DNA from: Candidatus Acidianus copahuensis
GTDB taxonomy: Archaea > Thermoproteota > Thermoprotei_A > Sulfolobales > Sulfolobaceae
DNA length: 24,000 bases
Assembly (NCBI RefSeq): GCF_000632495.1
Contig: NZ_JFZT01000019.1
Span: 72,252 to 96,251 of the forward strand
Reading direction: 5' to 3'
Shown: positions 23,291 through 24,000 of the stretch, one piece after another
Position numbering within the stretch: position 1 is the stretch's first letter
Layout: every line of letters begins with the position of its first letter
The notes under the pieces: generated by a model
Told to the model about the DNA's origin: nothing
Database searches by the model: none
Seen by the model: the letters and a program-made list of their open reading frames with translations, nothing else
Program-made: the position numbers and the translations under genes

Positions 23291-24000
23291 TTACTCAGCA
23301 GTCATATATTTCCTAGAAAGTAACGCACCAATAATAACCATTATGAGTGCGAACAATGCTAATATACCTAGGTAAGACCAGTTAGGATCAGTAGATAGTA
23401 ATACTTCTCTTCCTAGTTCGGCTGAATAAGTTATAGGATTAACATTACTTATATCTTGTAGCCACTCTGGGAAGAAGGCTTTTGGAAATAATGCAGTACT
23501 AGAGAACATTAGTGGAAGATTTATTAGATTAGCTATTACACCAGGAGCTTGCCAATCTGAAGTCCATAAAGTAAATACTGAATACAATGAGGAAAAGCCT
23601 ATACCAAGAAAAGCTAATGCCAATACTAAGACAACTATCGATACCAAATTAAGGTTAAGGGATACTCCTAAGGCTATCGCTACTGCAAGCATTATGGGAA
23701 CTTGAATTAACCCTCTAGTGACACCACCTAACACCTTGGAAAGGAAAACATAATATTTTGGTACAGGAGTTATGAATATTCTTTTCATATAACCAAACCT
23801 CTTGTCTTGTATTATACTCATGGAACTAAACATACCGACAAAAAGCATAGAGACGGAAAGTTCTCCAGGTAATATGAAAGCTATGTAGTTATTAGTATGG
23901 AAAAACTCCTGTAAGAATTCTGATGGCACATGCGAAAAACTACTTCCAAAGAATATTATCCACATTACTGGTTGAGAGACTAACATTATCCACATGTAAA
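23291..24000 (-). CDS. ABC-2-type transporter permease, partial (N-terminus probably beyond the window end)
   Basis: Six hydrophobic helices and ABC-2-like features (FILPG.., IQDKRFGYMKRIFITPV, NVNPITY). The reading frame stays open past the Met at 23995 to the window edge. Its stop codon directly abuts the convergent XdhC-like stop. Confidence 0.7.
   Translation of the reverse strand, partial: YMWIMLVSQPVMWIIFFGSSFSHVPSEFLQEFFHTNNYIAFILPGELSVSMLFVGMFSSMSIIQDKRFGYMKRIFITPVPKYYVFLSKVLGGVTRGLIQVPIMLAVAIALGVSLNLNLVSIVVLVLALAFLGIGFSSLYSVFTLWTSDWQAPGVIANLINLPLMFSSTALFPKAFFPEWLQDISNVNPITYSAELGREVLLSTDPNWSYLGILALFALIMVIIGALLSRKYMTAE

Noticed and set aside
1-24000. Scan for CRISPR arrays, tRNA, rRNA or other GC-rich structured RNA genes, inteins, and IS terminal inverted repeats
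   Set aside because: No regularly spaced direct repeats, no GC-rich islands in intergenic DNA, no cloverleaf-like segments, and no inverted repeats flanking the TnpB-like gene were visible by eye. A computational scan (tRNAscan, Infernal, CRISPR finders) would be needed to exclude them formally.

Overview
AT-rich, tightly packed archaeal chromosomal segment. It looks Sulfolobales-like: TATA-like boxes sit about 25-30 nt upstream of many start codons (leaderless layout), there is a ThiD-ThiN fusion, a DUF929-like protein, a sequon-dense surface protein, and many 4-nt stop/start overlaps. I support 27 protein-coding genes. Two of them are partial at the window edges, and one of those (1..694, minus strand) is missing from the ORF track. 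Most genes are ordinary metabolism or housekeeping: MDR dehydrogenases, an orphan molybdenum-hydroxylase large subunit, a PUA protein, Dol-P-Man synthase, an OCD/mu-crystallin plus aminotransferase pair, M24/M28/M48 peptidases, an HDAC-type deacetylase, PfkB kinase, ThiDN, a CbiZ-like protein, a 2-hydroxyacid dehydrogenase, an NRAMP-type transporter and an ABC-2 permease. I saw no rRNA, tRNA or CRISPR array, and no recognisable multi-gene defence island. The best candidate for something new is a 275-aa TnpB-like RuvC/zinc-ribbon protein (9113..9940). It keeps the catalytic D/E/D triad, has almost no REC-like region, has no TnpA partner, and its stop codon overlaps the stop of the convergent deacetylase gene, so there is no intergenic space for a canonical 3' guide RNA or right end. 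Secondary items are a beta-carbonic-anhydrase/CS2-hydrolase-like protein divergent from an XdhC-C-only protein, an NRAMP homologue with non-canonical metal-site motifs, a possible aminotransferase plus ketimine-reductase (imino-acid) pair, a stand-alone Ntn-amidotransferase plus MBL-hydrolase pair, and a 685-bp gene-free AT-rich gap. All functional calls come from motif recognition by eye, without any database search.
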